Of a stretch of DNA of 64,000 nucleotides, positions 47,401 to 60,310 are shown piece after piece. Under the pieces are notes generated by a model. It did no database searches and was not told where the DNA came from. It was given only the letters and a program-made list of their open reading frames with translations. Position numbers and translations under genes: made by a program. How positions within the stretch are numbered: the stretch's first letter is position 1; each line of letters opens with the position of its first letter. This stretch comes from Chiloscyllium plagiosum (lineage: Eukaryota). The stretch lies in NCBI RefSeq assembly GCF_004010195.1, contig NC_057737.1, positions 18,624,930-18,688,929 on the forward strand. The letters run 5' to 3'.

Positions 47401-50400
47401 AGCCACAGAGATGTACAGCATGGAAACAGACCCTTCGGTCTAACCTGTCTATGCTGACCAGATATCCCAACCCAATCCAGTCCCACCTGCCAGCACCCAG
47501 CCCATATCCCTCCAAACCTTTCCTATTCATATACACAGCCAAATGCCTTTTAAATTTTGCAATTGTACCAGCCTCCACCACTTCCTCTGACAGCACATTC
47601 CATACCTGTACCACTCTGTGTGAAAAAGTTGCCCCTTAGGTCTCTTTAATATCTTTCCCCTCTCACCCTAAACCTATGCCCTCTAGTTCTGGATTCCCCC
47701 AACCCTGGGAAAAGACTTTGTCTACTTATTTTATCCATGCCCCTCAAAATTTTATAAACCTCTCTAAGGTCCACCCCTCAGCCTTCCACGCTCCAGGGAA
47801 AACCTCTCCCTCTAGCTCAAATCCTCCACCCCTAGCAACATCCTTGTAAATCCTTTCTGGACCCTTTCAAGTTTCACAACAACTTTCCGATAGGAAGGAG
47901 ACCAGAATTGCACACAATATTCCAACAGTGGCCTAACCAATGTCCTGTACAGCCACAACATGACCTCCTAACTCCTGTATTCATTACTCTGACCAATAAA
48001 GGAAAGCATACCAAACATCTTCTTCACTATCCTACCTACCTGCGACTCCACTTTCAAGGAGCTATGAACCTGCACTCCAAGGTCTCTTACCAGAGTTGAA
48101 AAATGTCATGCTGGAAAAACACAGCAGGCCAGGCAGCATCCGAGGAGCAGGAATTGGCTGAAGAAGGGCTTATGCCCGAAATGTCGATTCTCCTGCGCCT
48201 CGGATACTGCCTGGCCTGCTGTGTTTTTCCAGCACAACATTTTTCAACTCTAACCTTCTTCACTGTCCACTACACCTCCAATTTTGGTGTAATCTGCAAA
48301 CTTACTAACTGTACCTCTTATGCTCGCATCCAAATAGTTTATGTAAATGACAAAGAGTAGAGGACCCAGCACTGATCCTTGGGCACTCCATTGGTCACAG
48401 GCCTCCAGTCTGAAAAACAACCCTCCACCACCACCCTGTCTTCTAATTTTGAGTCAGTTCTGTATCCAAATGGCTAGTTTTCCCTCTACTCCATGAGATC
48501 TAACCTTGCTAACCAGTCTCCCATGGGGAACCTTGTTGAATGCCTTACTGAAGTCCATATAGATCACATCTACTGCTCTGCCCTCATCAATCCTCTTTGT
48601 TACTTTTTCAAAAAAATCAATCAAGTTTGTGAGACATGATTTTGTGGAATGCCAGGAGTTATGTGAATTTTTTTTCCTGCAAGTTTGATACCTGGACCTT
48701 TAAATAACACTAGTAGTGATCCCATTTGTAGCTCTATGCATATTCCTTAGTGCACGAAAGGTGAATGTATTGAATGGACACAATAACCAATGAAGACTTT
48801 TAAAAGGGAAATTCATCCATAATTTTGTGCTTCAATTAAATTTTACAAACAGGACCCTGGCAATGTACTGGGACATCTTCAAACTTGAAGGATGGAGTGC
48901 CATCATATGATGTTGTGCATTTCTGTAAAAAGGAGAAGAGCACTCCTAAGTAAATGAACAGAGAGGTTGTATCCAGTGCATTTACAGCCAAATGCGATCA
49001 TTGGATATTCTTTTCTATGGAGACTAATAGTTTCTGATACCTGGCCCTTAGTTTATGCAAGCTGTTCAGATTATTGGGTCAGCACCTTCACCAGGTGGTG
49101 CCCGCTTCCTCTCTGACTGTCTGAACAGCACTTACCTTTCCCAGTGGGGCTGCCAGCTGATTCTTCAAGTGGCCCATCTGCATGCATGTTCCATCTACTG
49201 CCACTTGGATGGCAAATGCAGTGGCAGCCTATCAATTAGTCACCTCCTTTAAAGTTAAGCCACCAAAGTGCGATGGCTTGGGACCTGGCAGTGATTACAA
49301 TATTAAAGCTCTGGCACTCAGTGGAAAAATCTAGCTCAATATGAAGGCAACAAGAAAGGGCATAGCCAGCAAAGAAATAGAAAGAAGATCCAAATGGATT
49401 TAGATGGTAATAGTTTAACTTCAGGGAGACCACTCCTCAGATGGGAGTTTGAGAAGGAGAGTCCTTCATTGTAGGAAAGGACTAGGTTAATTATTAGTAT
49501 ACTTATGACCACTAAATTAGGGAATTCAATTTATGGAGAAACATATAGAGAAATATAGAAATGAATGAAAATGGAATCATAATTGTGGAGGATTTAACCC
49601 TTATTATCCATTTATTGGATGTGCTGGCTGGGCCTGCAGTTGTTGCTCATCCCAGTTGATCTTGAGAAAGTGCTGGTGAGGATTGAAAAGGTGGAAGGGA
49701 TGGAGTTTTTACTGGACATATTGTAAATACTGTATATACAAGATTTATTTCTGTCAATATGTTAAAAACCCAGCAGGGAGGAATCATTGCTACTATTGGA
49801 TAGTAAGCCAAAAACGGACATGATGTAAGCATGAGAGATCACCTTGAAATTAGTAATTGCAGAGAATGTTTAAGATTTAGTTCAAATGAAGTCAGGAAAT
49901 GAAAGGTATCATTTTGGTAAAAAATACAATGGAATCATTACTTACAATGCCTAAAACTGACAACTCATTATAGGATGGGCAGGACCATAAAATTTGCCTT
50001 CATGAGTGTGCTAACTTCGATGGAAGAAAAATGGAGATCTGTGATGAGGATATTCCCAGTCTCTGGGTTTATGGTTTCCAGGACAGAGTTGCCAGTATTA
50101 AAGTAATTGGTGGAACGTGAGTAACATTCCTTTCCTCTTTTAGGAAATCATATTTTTGCTTGGAAAAGTTGTAAAAGACAACCTTAGCATCTTAAACATA
50201 TCAGACCTCAATATCAGTTTTATCAAATAATTTACATTTATTTGTCATATAGAATAATAGCTCAGATCACTCCTGAAGAGAAAAGATAAAGATGCAAAAC
50301 AGGAAGCATTGAATGATGTTGGAAGAAAACGAAAGCACTACAAAGAGATTCATAAAAGAATAAGAAATTGTGAGACAAGTTGGATTTTAGGGTTGACTTC

Positions 50401-53171
50401 AAAAAGATTAACCATTCAAAATATCTGAAAGACCTGCTGATTTTGATTGAATGAAGGGACAAGTAGATTGGGACATATAGTTGGCGAAGGTCATTGAAAT
50501 AAGGTAAAGTAATACCTTGAGAGATTGAGAATGAATGCGAGAACCTTTAAGGATAAAGGTGATGAATGCCACAAGTTCGTTTGAGAGACAACTCATGGGG
50601 CAGTAACAGTTGAAGAGTTGGAAGATTAATGTTGAGAAATAATGCTGATATTAATATAGTGAAATATTTCAACTCTTTTAAATCTGCAATATTTGTTAAG
50701 GGAGTATATTGAATTATGGTTTGATGATCATTCAAAGAGATCATGAAATATTAATAAACAGAAAAAAAACTTAGATTAATTTTTACAAGTTGGCAAATGA
50801 GATAGTTGATGCAACTGTTTTAATTTTCCAGAAACCCATTAGATTCAGGGAAGGTTGCTTTAGCTTGGAAATATTTAACTTCTCTACTCAAAAAGAGGGA
50901 GGCAGAAAGCAGAAAACTACAAGCCAGTTAATTTTCTTTCTGTCATAAGGGAAATGTGAGAAACTGTATTAAAGATATTAAAACAACATACTTGGGTAAA
51001 TTCAAGGTAAAAAGTGTAGTGCTGGAAACACACAACAGGTCAGTCAGCACCTGAGAAGCAGGAGAATCGATGTTTCGGGCATAAGTGCTTCATCAGGAAA
51101 TATTCAACTCCTGAAGAAGGGCTTATTCCTGAAACGTTGATTCTCCTGCTCCTTGGATGCTGCCTGATCTGCTGTGCTTTTCCAGCAACACACTCTTGAC
51201 TCTGATCTCCAGCATCTACAGTCCTCACTTTCTCCTAAATTCAAGGTAGTCAGGCAGAGGCATGGTTTTGTCAAAGGCAAATCATATTTAATTAGTTTAT
51301 TGGAGTTCTTTGAAGAAATAACTTGCACTATGGATAAAGGGAAACCAATGGATGTATTGAACTTAGATTTCCAGAAGGCATTTGATAAGGTGTAACATTA
51401 AAGGTTATTGTGAAAGTTAAATACTCATAGTATAGGGGGTAACATATTGATATGTATAGAAGATTGGCTGGCGAGCCAGAGGCAGAGAGTAGGAATAACT
51501 GTGTCTTTTTTGGACTGGTTGGATTCCATGAGTGGTTTGCCACAAGAATTGGTATTGGGGGTCTCAGTTGTTGATAATTTATATCAATGACTCGGTGAAG
51601 GTTTTGGAGGTATGGTGGCTAAAGTTGCTGATGGCACAAATTTAGGTAGGAAAATGAACTGTGACGAAACATAGAAAATAGGTCCAGTAGGAGGCCATTC
51701 GTCCCTACAATACAATCATGGCTGATCATGCATGCTCAGTATCTTATTCGTGCCCTCTCCTGATACCCCTTGATCCCTTTAGCTGCAAGGGACATGTCAA
51801 GCTCCCTTTGAATAAACTTTATGAACTGGCCCCATCAGCTTCCCGTGGAAGAGAATTCCACATATCCAGAACTCTGAGTGAAGAAATTCTTACTCATCTT
51901 AGTCCTGAATAGCCCTAAATGACTTAAGTTCCCCACTCCTTTTTAAGACATAAGGAGCTTCAAAGGGATATAGATAGGGTAACTAAGTTGGCAAAGATTT
52001 GGAAAATGGAGTACAATGTGAATAAATGGGATGTTGTCCATTTTAGCAGAAAGTAACATAAAGGAAGCACATTATCTAAATAGTGAGCATTTGCAGAGCA
52101 CTAAGATGCTGGTGCTTAAACTACAGCAAGTTAGCATGGAAATAGATGAAGTTATCAGGAAAGCTAATAGAATGTTATGTTTTATTGTGAGGGAAATTGA
52201 ATGCAAGAGTGGGAAGGGTTGCCTCTGCTTTACAAGACATTGGTGAGACCGCATCTGGAGAACTGTGTATAATAACTAGGAAAGGATATTAATGAGTTCA
52301 GAGAAGTGCTCAGAGACTATTTAGAAGACTAATTGCTGAAATGAATAGATTGCCTCATAAAGAAAGGCTCAACAGGTTATACCTGTATCCTCTGGTATTT
52401 AAAAGAATCAGAGGTGATTTAGTTGAAACGCAAGATCCTGTCAGGACTTGACTAGGTGGACGTGAGAGGGATGTTGTGGGAGGTAATCTAGAACTAGGGG
52501 TCATAATTTGTAGATAAAATGTCAGTCAATTAAGACAGCGATGAGGAAATACTTTTTCTCTCAGTGAAATTTCCTTCAGTAGACACAGAATATTTAAGTA
52601 TTTTTAAGGTAGAGATGGATAGATTCTTTATTACTAATGGACTATAAGTATGTAGGAATGTAGTGTTGAGGTTAAAATCCTATCAACTATCATCTTCTCG
52701 ATGGTGCATCAAGTTTAAAGGTGTGAGTGGCATACTCTTGTTCTTTCTTCATGCAATTCACAACTTTAGTAAAGATACAAAAATGCAATTAATGTAGCTG
52801 CACCAACTTGAGAGCTAGCCACATCAATACCATTGACTTCTTATAGTTTCTGAAAAACTTAAAGCACAGTTTACACAAAATACATGTATATGAATACAAT
52901 TGATGCAGTAGTTATATTTTACCTAATCTATACAAGCAATAATGGTCATTACTTGGTAACATAATTACAGATTTGCCCTCTAATTTTTTTTGTACTTTGT
53001 AGGTGGGTCGGCTATGAATATCCAGGCTACAGGGGATATCAATACGTGCTAGAATGTGGATCATACAAACACTGGAATGAATGGGGTGCTCAACAGCCTT
53101 TGATTCAGTCCATGCGCCGTGTGAAGGATCAACAATGGTACAAAAGGGGTTGCTTTGAGTTTATAAACTGA
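44387..53171 (+). CDS. crybb1l: Beta-crystallin B1-like (fish crybb1l type), 209 aa. join(44387..44452,45434..45552,46345..46477,49974..50116,53003..53171)
   Basis: [22 protein letters not shown]|[40 protein letters not shown]|[44 protein letters not shown]|[48 protein letters not shown]|[55 protein letters not shown]. It has a betaB-type C-terminal arm; the N-terminus resembles teleost crybb1-like proteins as I recall them. Confidence 0.93.
44899..45003 (-). mobile_element. ~105-bp tRNA-like short SINE (also ~38042-38145 -, ~39206-39305 -, ~12915-13030 +)
   Basis: Shared ATCAAC(C/T)TG...TACAC(C)TCT...CTTGAA(C)..AGG...CT..GAG(G/C)TAGGG pattern; B-box-like GGTTCAAG on the coding strand. Confidence 0.6.
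45434..45552 (+). CDS. crybb1l: crybb1-like exon 3 (Greek key 1)
   Basis: 119 nt, cttAG / GTaaga. Confidence 0.95.
46345..46477 (+). CDS. crybb1l: crybb1-like exon 4 (Greek key 2)
   Basis: 133 nt, atcAG / GTaagt. Confidence 0.95.
47388..48642 (-). mobile_element. CR1/HER1 LINE fragment containing a Penelope hairpin (48092-48251)
   Basis: ORF remnant [22 protein letters not shown]; the inserted hairpin has arms AGAGTTGAAAAATGT / ACATTTTTCAACTCT and core CTGAAGAAGGGCTTATGCCCGAAATGTC (48158-48185). Confidence 0.88.
49974..50116 (+). CDS. crybb1l: crybb1-like exon 5 (Greek key 3)
   Basis: 143 nt, ttatAG / GTgagt. Confidence 0.95.
50750..52750 (+). mobile_element. Decayed CR1 LINE with nested Penelope hairpin (51010-51235) and an antisense CR1 3' piece (~51668-51945)
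   Basis: RT remnant [43 protein letters not shown]; the hairpin is flanked by the 13-bp TSD TAAATTCAAGGTA (50997-51009, 51236-51248). Confidence 0.85.
53003..53171 (+). CDS. crybb1l: crybb1-like last exon (Greek key 4 + C-terminal arm)
   Basis: ttgtAG acceptor, TGA 53169-53171; AATAAA at 53172, 53398, 53604 and 53636. Confidence 0.95.
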
Positions 53172-54621
53172 AATAAATCATGCTTTAGACAGCCATGGGA
53201 ATAATTTTATTCTTTTCATATCAGGACCACAGTGAGAATTATTATATATAATTTCCCATTTTTAAGTTATAGTGGCAATTGTAGATCCATTATTTTCTTT
53301 TACTGGCAACAAATCTCAATTATTTTAGAGTTGCACCAAAAAATGATATCTGGTTTAAGTCCAACTTATATCTTGGCTCATGCCTTTCAAAACGCATAAT
53401 AAATTCCTCTTTTTTGTGGCCCTGAATATGATTTTTGGAAAACGGGGAATGGATGATCTCCTACAGTGTGGATGACTCTCCGCTGTGTCTTACTCAGGGA
53501 TGCAGACATCTTTAGCAAACCTCACATCCATAACATTCAGTATTGATTTTCTGTTTCATTTCCGATACTTTAAATATTTGTAGCTCATGTCATTCCTTTT
53601 ATCAATAAAAGTAATCTCTGCTGTCTTACAGAGATAATAAAATTGTAACTTCAAATAGCTAGCCACAGTTGGTTAATTGTGTCATACTACATATGTACTG
53701 CCATTCTGGAACCTTGATGAAACAAACATTTAGTATCATGTATCTGCAAACTGTCAATTTACAGGAACTTCCATTACAAACTACTTATTTTAAAACAAAG
53801 CATTGAAATTTAGTTGCTTATATAATTCCTACAATTGTCCATATGTACTAATTTGAAGAAACATAGGTGAAATAATTGGGCTTTAAAATCTGGATGTTAA
53901 GCATCACCTGTGGGGATGCATAAAGGAAAATCTGGCAGGGATTGCATACAGGTTCACAGAACTTGCCTCTTTACTTTTTCCATTCATGTCAAATAGCATG
54001 AAAGCTAGGACAGTTCTGTTGCTAAATGAGATCTAACCTAACAATACAAGCTATAGTTCTAACTAAACTCTTATACTAGACTCTCTAATAAATATCCTGT
54101 GGGAATTCAGCTCCATGGGCTCCTTTTGACTGCAAAAGTGGATTTATCAAAAGTGATACAGTAGATGCAGACAGCATGTGGCTCTTGTGGTAAGAGGCAA
54201 TTAATATAAGGCAGTCAACAAGAATTCCAAAAGGGAATTCAGAAAAAAAATCTTTGCCCAAAGAGCAGTGGGAATGCAGCATTTGTATCCCAAGGAGTAG
54301 ATAAAATAAAGGGCATAGATACATTTAAGGGGAATCTAGATAGGTATATAAGAAAAATGGCAGAAATTGCTTTAATACCCAAACTCATATTGTTTATATT
54401 CAAATAAAACTTGAATAAAAATCTATCTTCAGCATCAATACTGAAATTTGCATCTCACGATCAAAAAGCATTTCTATAGCAAGTTTCACAACCCTACAAT
54501 GTTCCAAAACACTTCATTGTCATTTAATTATTTCTGAAGCATAATCATTATTGTGCAAAATTCATAACATTTGTAAAAGCGTATTACATAATTGTTTAAA
54601 ATTGACTTTACATAAAGCCCA

Positions 54622-55019
54622 GGAGAAAGTAAGGACTGCAGATGCTGGAGATCAGGGCTGAAAATCTGTTGCTGGAAAAGCGCAGCAGGTCAGGCAGCAT
54701 CCAAGGAACAGGAGAATCGACGTTTCGGGCATAAGCCCTTCTTCAGGAATGAGGAAAGTGTGCCCAGCAGGCTAAGATAAAAGGTAGGGAGGAGGGAGAG
54801 GCGTTGGAAATGCGACAGGTGGAAGGAGGGCAAGGTGAGGGTGATAGGCCGGAGTAGGGTGGGGGCGGAGAGGTCAGGAAGAAGGTTGCAGGTTAGGAAG
54901 GCGGTGCTGAGTTCGAGGGATTTGACTGAGACAAGGTGGGGGGAGGGGAAATGAGGAAACTGGAGAAATCTGAGTTCATCCCTTGTGGTTGGAGGATTCC
55001 GAGGTGGAAGATGAGGCGC
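54622..55019 (-). mobile_element. Young truncated Penelope 3' end with intact hammerhead core and 14-bp TSD
   Basis: TSD TTACA(T/C)AAAGCCCA at 54608-54621 and 55020-55033; homologous to 17985-18400. Confidence 0.88.
54716..54750 (-). ncRNA. Minimal type I hammerhead ribozyme motif
   Basis: Minus strand attc-CTGAAGA-A-GGGC(TTAT)GCCC-GAA-ACGT-C-gatt, with a GUC cleavage triplet. Activity untested. Confidence 0.75.
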
Positions 55020-55225
55020 TTACACAAAGCCCAATAATGTTCAATTTATTTCAATGCATATGGCATTGAGAGGCCTCATTTCCTCTATAATTACTCATTA
55101 TACATATACTAAATGATCAGGTGAGGGGGAATGAATTGACTTCCCCTTTTTTATAACTCCTTGGTTAGCTGCAATAGATGTTTAAAATTCTTTATCGGCC
55201 AGAATGTGTACCCCTCTAATTAAAA

Positions 55226-55868
55226 TGTAGCAAACTATAGTTCACCAGAAATAATAAGGAAACAATTACAAGACTTTCTTCAATGAAATAAAGAACAATT
55301 TTATTACCTGCCAAACCCTAGGAAAATTAGTAAAGACATGATATCAAACATGTACATACATACCCACAGATAGTTAAAAAGGGATAAAGTCCAGTATAAG
55401 AAGAAGATGAACAGAATAAATGTTTAAAGTCTGTAGGGTGTAGTTGAGCTTTAAGATTTTAACTTGAGGTCATAATTGTTAATTGATATCATGTAACATC
55501 AGGCATAGCAAATATTTCAGTTGCTCCTTTGTGTCCATGGTATTTTGACGTTTCTTTTAATCAGCTCTGTCACCAGGTTGAAGGAGGGAGCAATGTTTTC
55601 CAGATCTGCAGTCACAAATCCACCTCCCCTCCTCTGCCAAAAGCAATTTCCTCAAGTACAACCTAGTTTGTGTATTCTAGGTATGAATTCATTGTCTCCA
55701 AGCTTGATAATTGTGGGTAATGTCTTTCTTCTTTGGTATGTGAAATTTAACGTAAAGGTGTAAAACAAAATCGGAGATGAAGGTTTTTCACACCTGATTG
55801 GGTGGACTAGCTTCAGTACCTTCTGAGAAAATATTAATTGCAGCTAAGACAATTTTGTTTATTCTACA
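55226..55868. mobile_element. Candidate ~640-bp solo LTR
   Basis: TGTAG...CTACA termini with a short inverted repeat, flanked by AAAA on both sides (low-complexity TSD). Confidence 0.4.
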
Positions 55869-55869
55869 A

Positions 55870-56530
55870 AAAACAAAGAACTGCGGATGCTGTAAATAAG
55901 ATTGGGTCTGAGGAAGGGTCACTGGACCTGAAACATTAACTCTGATTGCTCTCCACAGATGTTCCACTGAGCTTTTCCAGCAATTTCTGTTTTTATAGAT
56001 TCATTGAGTCAGAAGCAGGCCTTTCGGTCCAAATTGTCCATGCCTGCCAGATATCCTAAATAAATCTAGTCCCATTTGCCAGTATTTAGCCCATTTCCCC
56101 ATGAATCCTTCATATTCATATACCCATCCAGATGCCTGTTAAATGTTGTAATTGTACCAGCCTCTGCCACTTCCTCTGGCAGCTCATTCCATATATGCAT
56201 CACCCTCTGCATGAAAACATTGCATTTTAGGCCCCGTTTAAACCTTTCCCCTCTCATCTTAAACTTAGGCCTCCTAGTTTTGGACTCCCCAGCCCGGGGA
56301 AAATACCTTGTCTATTTATCCTATTTTTGATTTGGAGGTGCCAGTGTTGGACTGAGGTGCACAAAGTTAAAAATCACAACACCAGGTTATAGTCCAACAG
56401 GTTTATTTGGAAGCACTAGCTTTCAGAGTGTGGTTTGTTCACCAGATGAAGGAGCAGTGCGCTGAAAGCTAGTGCTTCCAAATAAACCTGTTGGACTATA
56501 ACCTGGAATTGTGTGATTTTTAACTTTGTA
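55870..56530. mobile_element. Stack: Penelope hairpin piece (55870-55995), CR1 3' fragment on minus (56000-56325), Penelope palindrome (56328-56530)
   Basis: Direct similarity to the 6176, 47388 and 38340 elements respectively. Confidence 0.8.
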
Positions 56531-56779
56531 TACCCTATTTTAGTTCTTGTTTATTCCATGTTAGATTTATATAGGTTTGGCTAATCAGCTGGTTGTTGTG
56601 GTTATTTTAAGTCAATGGTTTGTCCCCTTTTTAAAATCATTTTAGTGCAAGAAAGTCTCAAGTGTTAAAAACAGACAATGGAATTCAAAACTCAGTATAT
56701 TATCACAACAAATAAACAACTCACTTGAAGAGGATGCATATTAATACAAAAGATAAAGCAGAAGCATTTACAAAGAAAC

Positions 56780-57680
56780 AAAGGTGTCAACTGGATGGTA
56801 CAGCAAATGACTTCAACCCAAATAAGTATGAGGTAATGCATGTGAGATTAAGCTTTGAATAGTAAGACTTTGGAAAAAGTGAGGATCGGTGAAATTTAGA
56901 TGTTCAGATCCGTATGTTCCTGAAGGAGGCAGGGCAGTTAGATAAGGTGTTAACAAAGCATAAGGAATACCGAGGCATTTATTAGCCGAGGCATTCAATA
57001 CAAATGCAAGGAGACAATACTCGAACTATAAAATGCTGGTTAGGCTACAACTGGAATGGAACTATAAAATGCTGGTTCGGCTACAACTGGAATACCACAT
57101 GCAGTTCTGCTCCTCAGGTCATAGGAAGGATGTAACTGCACTATAGAGGGTGCAGAGGACGTTTACCAGGATGCAGCATGGTTTGGAAAGTCTGAGCTCT
57201 GAGGAAAGATTGGATAGAGAAGGGTTGTTTTCTTGGAGCAGTCAAAGTTGGAAGTGGACCTGAAAGAAAATGTATTAGATTATAAGGGGCATGAATAGGA
57301 TTGGTAAGAAAGGCAATTTTTTCTACTATTGGAGGATGAATAGCCAAGTTTTAAAGGTAAGAAGTAGAAGGCTAAGAGAAGTGCTGAAGATGAGTTCTAC
57401 ACGGATGATAGTAGAAATCTGAAATTTAGTGACTAAAAAGCAGGGTGCATCAGAATCTTCTATAACATTTAAGCATTATTTAGATATTCACCCATTATCA
57501 TAGCCTTCAGATCTATGAGCTAGAGTTGAGAAATTGGATTCATGCTGTCATATCTCTTGACTGATGCAGACACAATGGTTCTAGATTAGAGTAGTGCTGG
57601 TAAAGCACAGCAGTTCAGGCAGCATCCGAAGAATAGGAAAATGGGCCAAATGACCTTGTTTTGCTCTAAATGTCTATAAT
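56780..57680 (+). mobile_element. Decayed CR1 3' portion
   Basis: TTCAACCCAAATAAGTATGAGGTAATGCAT...GTGCAGAGGACGTTTACCAGGATG; internal tandem duplication at ~57024-57092. Confidence 0.7.
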
Positions 57681-57744
57681 TAAATGCATTTCCACCATGG
57701 GGAAGCTCATTAAAGGTATGGAATTTAAAAGCACACCTAGCAGG

Positions 57745-58460
57745 TCATAGAATCAGAGAGATGTACAGCATGAAAACAGACCCTTCGGTCCCAACTTGTC
57801 CATGCCAACCAGATATCCTAACCTAAACTAGTCCCATTTGCCAGCATTTGGCCCATATCTCTCTAAACCCTTACTATACATATACTCATCCAGATGCCTT
57901 TTAAATGTTGTAATTGTACCAGCCTCCATCATTTCCTCTGGCAGCTCATTCCATACACGCACTATCCTGTGTGAAAAACTTGCCCCTTAGGGCCTTCTTA
58001 TATCTGATATTGAAATAACTGCATAGAAGCTGGAAACCCATCACCAAGTCATCCTATATTTACTTGTGCATTGTACACTGGCTGTGGCCAGACAGCTCAG
58101 ACTCAGCTCTGATCCCCAGCATCTGCAGTCCTCACTTTCTCCTAGCTCAGACTCAGTCCCCAGCATTGAGAAGATTCTAAATCTCCTGTTTTTTTAAAAT
58201 TTTATTAAACAGTACAAAATACACAGTTGACGATAAACAGAAAGCAGCAGTTTGCAAAAAACTACTACATACAGGGGAAAGGGCAGCAAAGCCATACCCA
58301 CAAACCCACCATTCAACCAGTTTTCAGGGAGATGAAGACAAACTTCAAATCCCACTTCCATTATCTCCTGGTTATATTTGTCAGCCTGAGTGGCCCAGGT
58401 TAACAACCCCAATCAAAGATCTCATAGGAAACAAGATCCAGCTGGTTCCAATCACCACAG
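57745..58460 (-). mobile_element. CR1 3' fragment (57745-58003) followed by a solo LTR carrying two nested insertions
   Basis: LTR 58011-58460 resembles the 5938 copy. It contains a Penelope end with TSD AGCTCAGACTCAG and a poly(A)-tailed piece 58191-58362 with TSD ATCTCCTG(T/G)TT. Confidence 0.7.
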
Positions 58461-60310
58461 ATATCTTGTTAAATATCTATCCTTGCAAAATGTACCACAT
58501 CATATTTATCCATTTGAATAATTCTACCCACTTGTCCAATTTATCATGTTCTCCTGCACTCTACTATGTTCTTCCTTGTAATTGTCATATTCCTTAGTTT
58601 AGAACCATCAACAAATTTTGATAGTTCCTTGAAGCCAAACTCAAGAAAACTCCCATGTAGATCTCAGGGGATGAGGAGGGAACAATCTTTAGTTATTTCT
58701 GCCAACCAAACATTTTATCCTTTCTGCTACTTTACCATTAGTAAGAATATCTCCTAATCTTTGTCAAAAAGAATTATGCAAATTTCATCAATATGGTCTA
58801 GCTTTCAGTTTGACCCAAACTAAACAGATAAAAATTATTTTCATTTGTTTATTTTAAGCATCTTCAACTTTGAAGATACAGTGCATTTTGCTATAACACA
58901 AGTTCTGTTCTTGTGTAATCACAAGTTATAAGAAAATCACGCAATAGCTATGCCATTTAAACTAATTGCATTATAACCAATACACGTGTTAAACATTTAA
59001 GCTTTAGAAACAGTGAGCCCAATTCATCAATTGCATTACAACCAATTTGCTTTAATGAAATGTGTTATACAGAACAACCTGTTATCATTTCTTACTAGCA
59101 TACAATTTATTAGATAATGTCAGTATCTCGCTTAGTTACCATTATTTGTGTTTAATCCTTGATGGTGATTGTCAGCAGTCTATTTGACTGTGTGAGGGTA
59201 TGTTATCAAACCCAGGCAAGTCCTTCTGATTCTGAACACTATCAAGAACAAAGCAGGCTGCATGCAGAGCACCTTGATCATCATCAGAAACATTCAGTCC
59301 CTCCACCAATATTGCACAATGGCAGTAGTACTGCACTAGCTAAAACAACACATGACAGCAATTCGCCAAGCCTCTTTTGACAGCATCATCTAACCCTGAT
59401 ACCTCTATCACTTAGAAAAATAAATGCAGCAGATGAGTATCGTTATCTCTAAGTTCACCTCAAAATGAAATAGAATTTGGACATAGACCTTTACCACTGC
59501 TCCTTTACTGTTGCCGTTAGAAAATCCTGGACCTCTCTCCCAAACAGTACTATGGGTGTACAGTTTGTTCTCACCTTCTGAATGTCATTCAGAAAGGGAA
59601 GATAAATGCCAGTCTCTCCAGCAAAGCTCACATGTCACAAATTTAAAAAAAAATCAAGGCACCTTTCTCTCTCTCCCTAACCCTTGGGTACTAAAGCCAA
59701 TTGTATTGTCTCAACTGCTGAAGTGAAAATAACAGCAAAGACTGGGAATTAACCTAGATGATTTCCTAGATTTTATAAATTAACTTCATATTGGTTAAGC
59801 TCACTGAGCCAATCAAATATTTCACAAATAAACTTAGAAGTTAAATGTATGTCTGAGAAAGCATACATTGTTGATAAGAGTGACCGTACATGACTACAGG
59901 GAGAAACACCTCAATGTGCACTTCGAAACTGATATGGCTAATATCCACTTTTTCACAACAGAGAGAATAAAAAAAAAGAAAATTGACGTATAAAGGATCA
60001 AAATATCTAAATATTAGATATCTAAACATTTAAATACTTATCTTCAGTTCCAAAGAAGAGTCTTTGGACTTGAAACATTAATTCTGTTTCTCTCTCCAGA
60101 GATGCTACCAGACATCCTCAGTTTCTCCACCTTCTTATTATTTCAGAATTCCAACAGCTGCAACATTTTGCTTTTATTGAGGCTTATATTGAGGCAATCC
60201 AGGTACTTTCACTTTTCTCTAGCTGGAGGTGGTTAAGAATAAAATATTAAATTATGACTGACAATTTCAGAGTAGGGAACAGAAATAAAGCAGAAAAATT
60301 AGCTAGTGTG

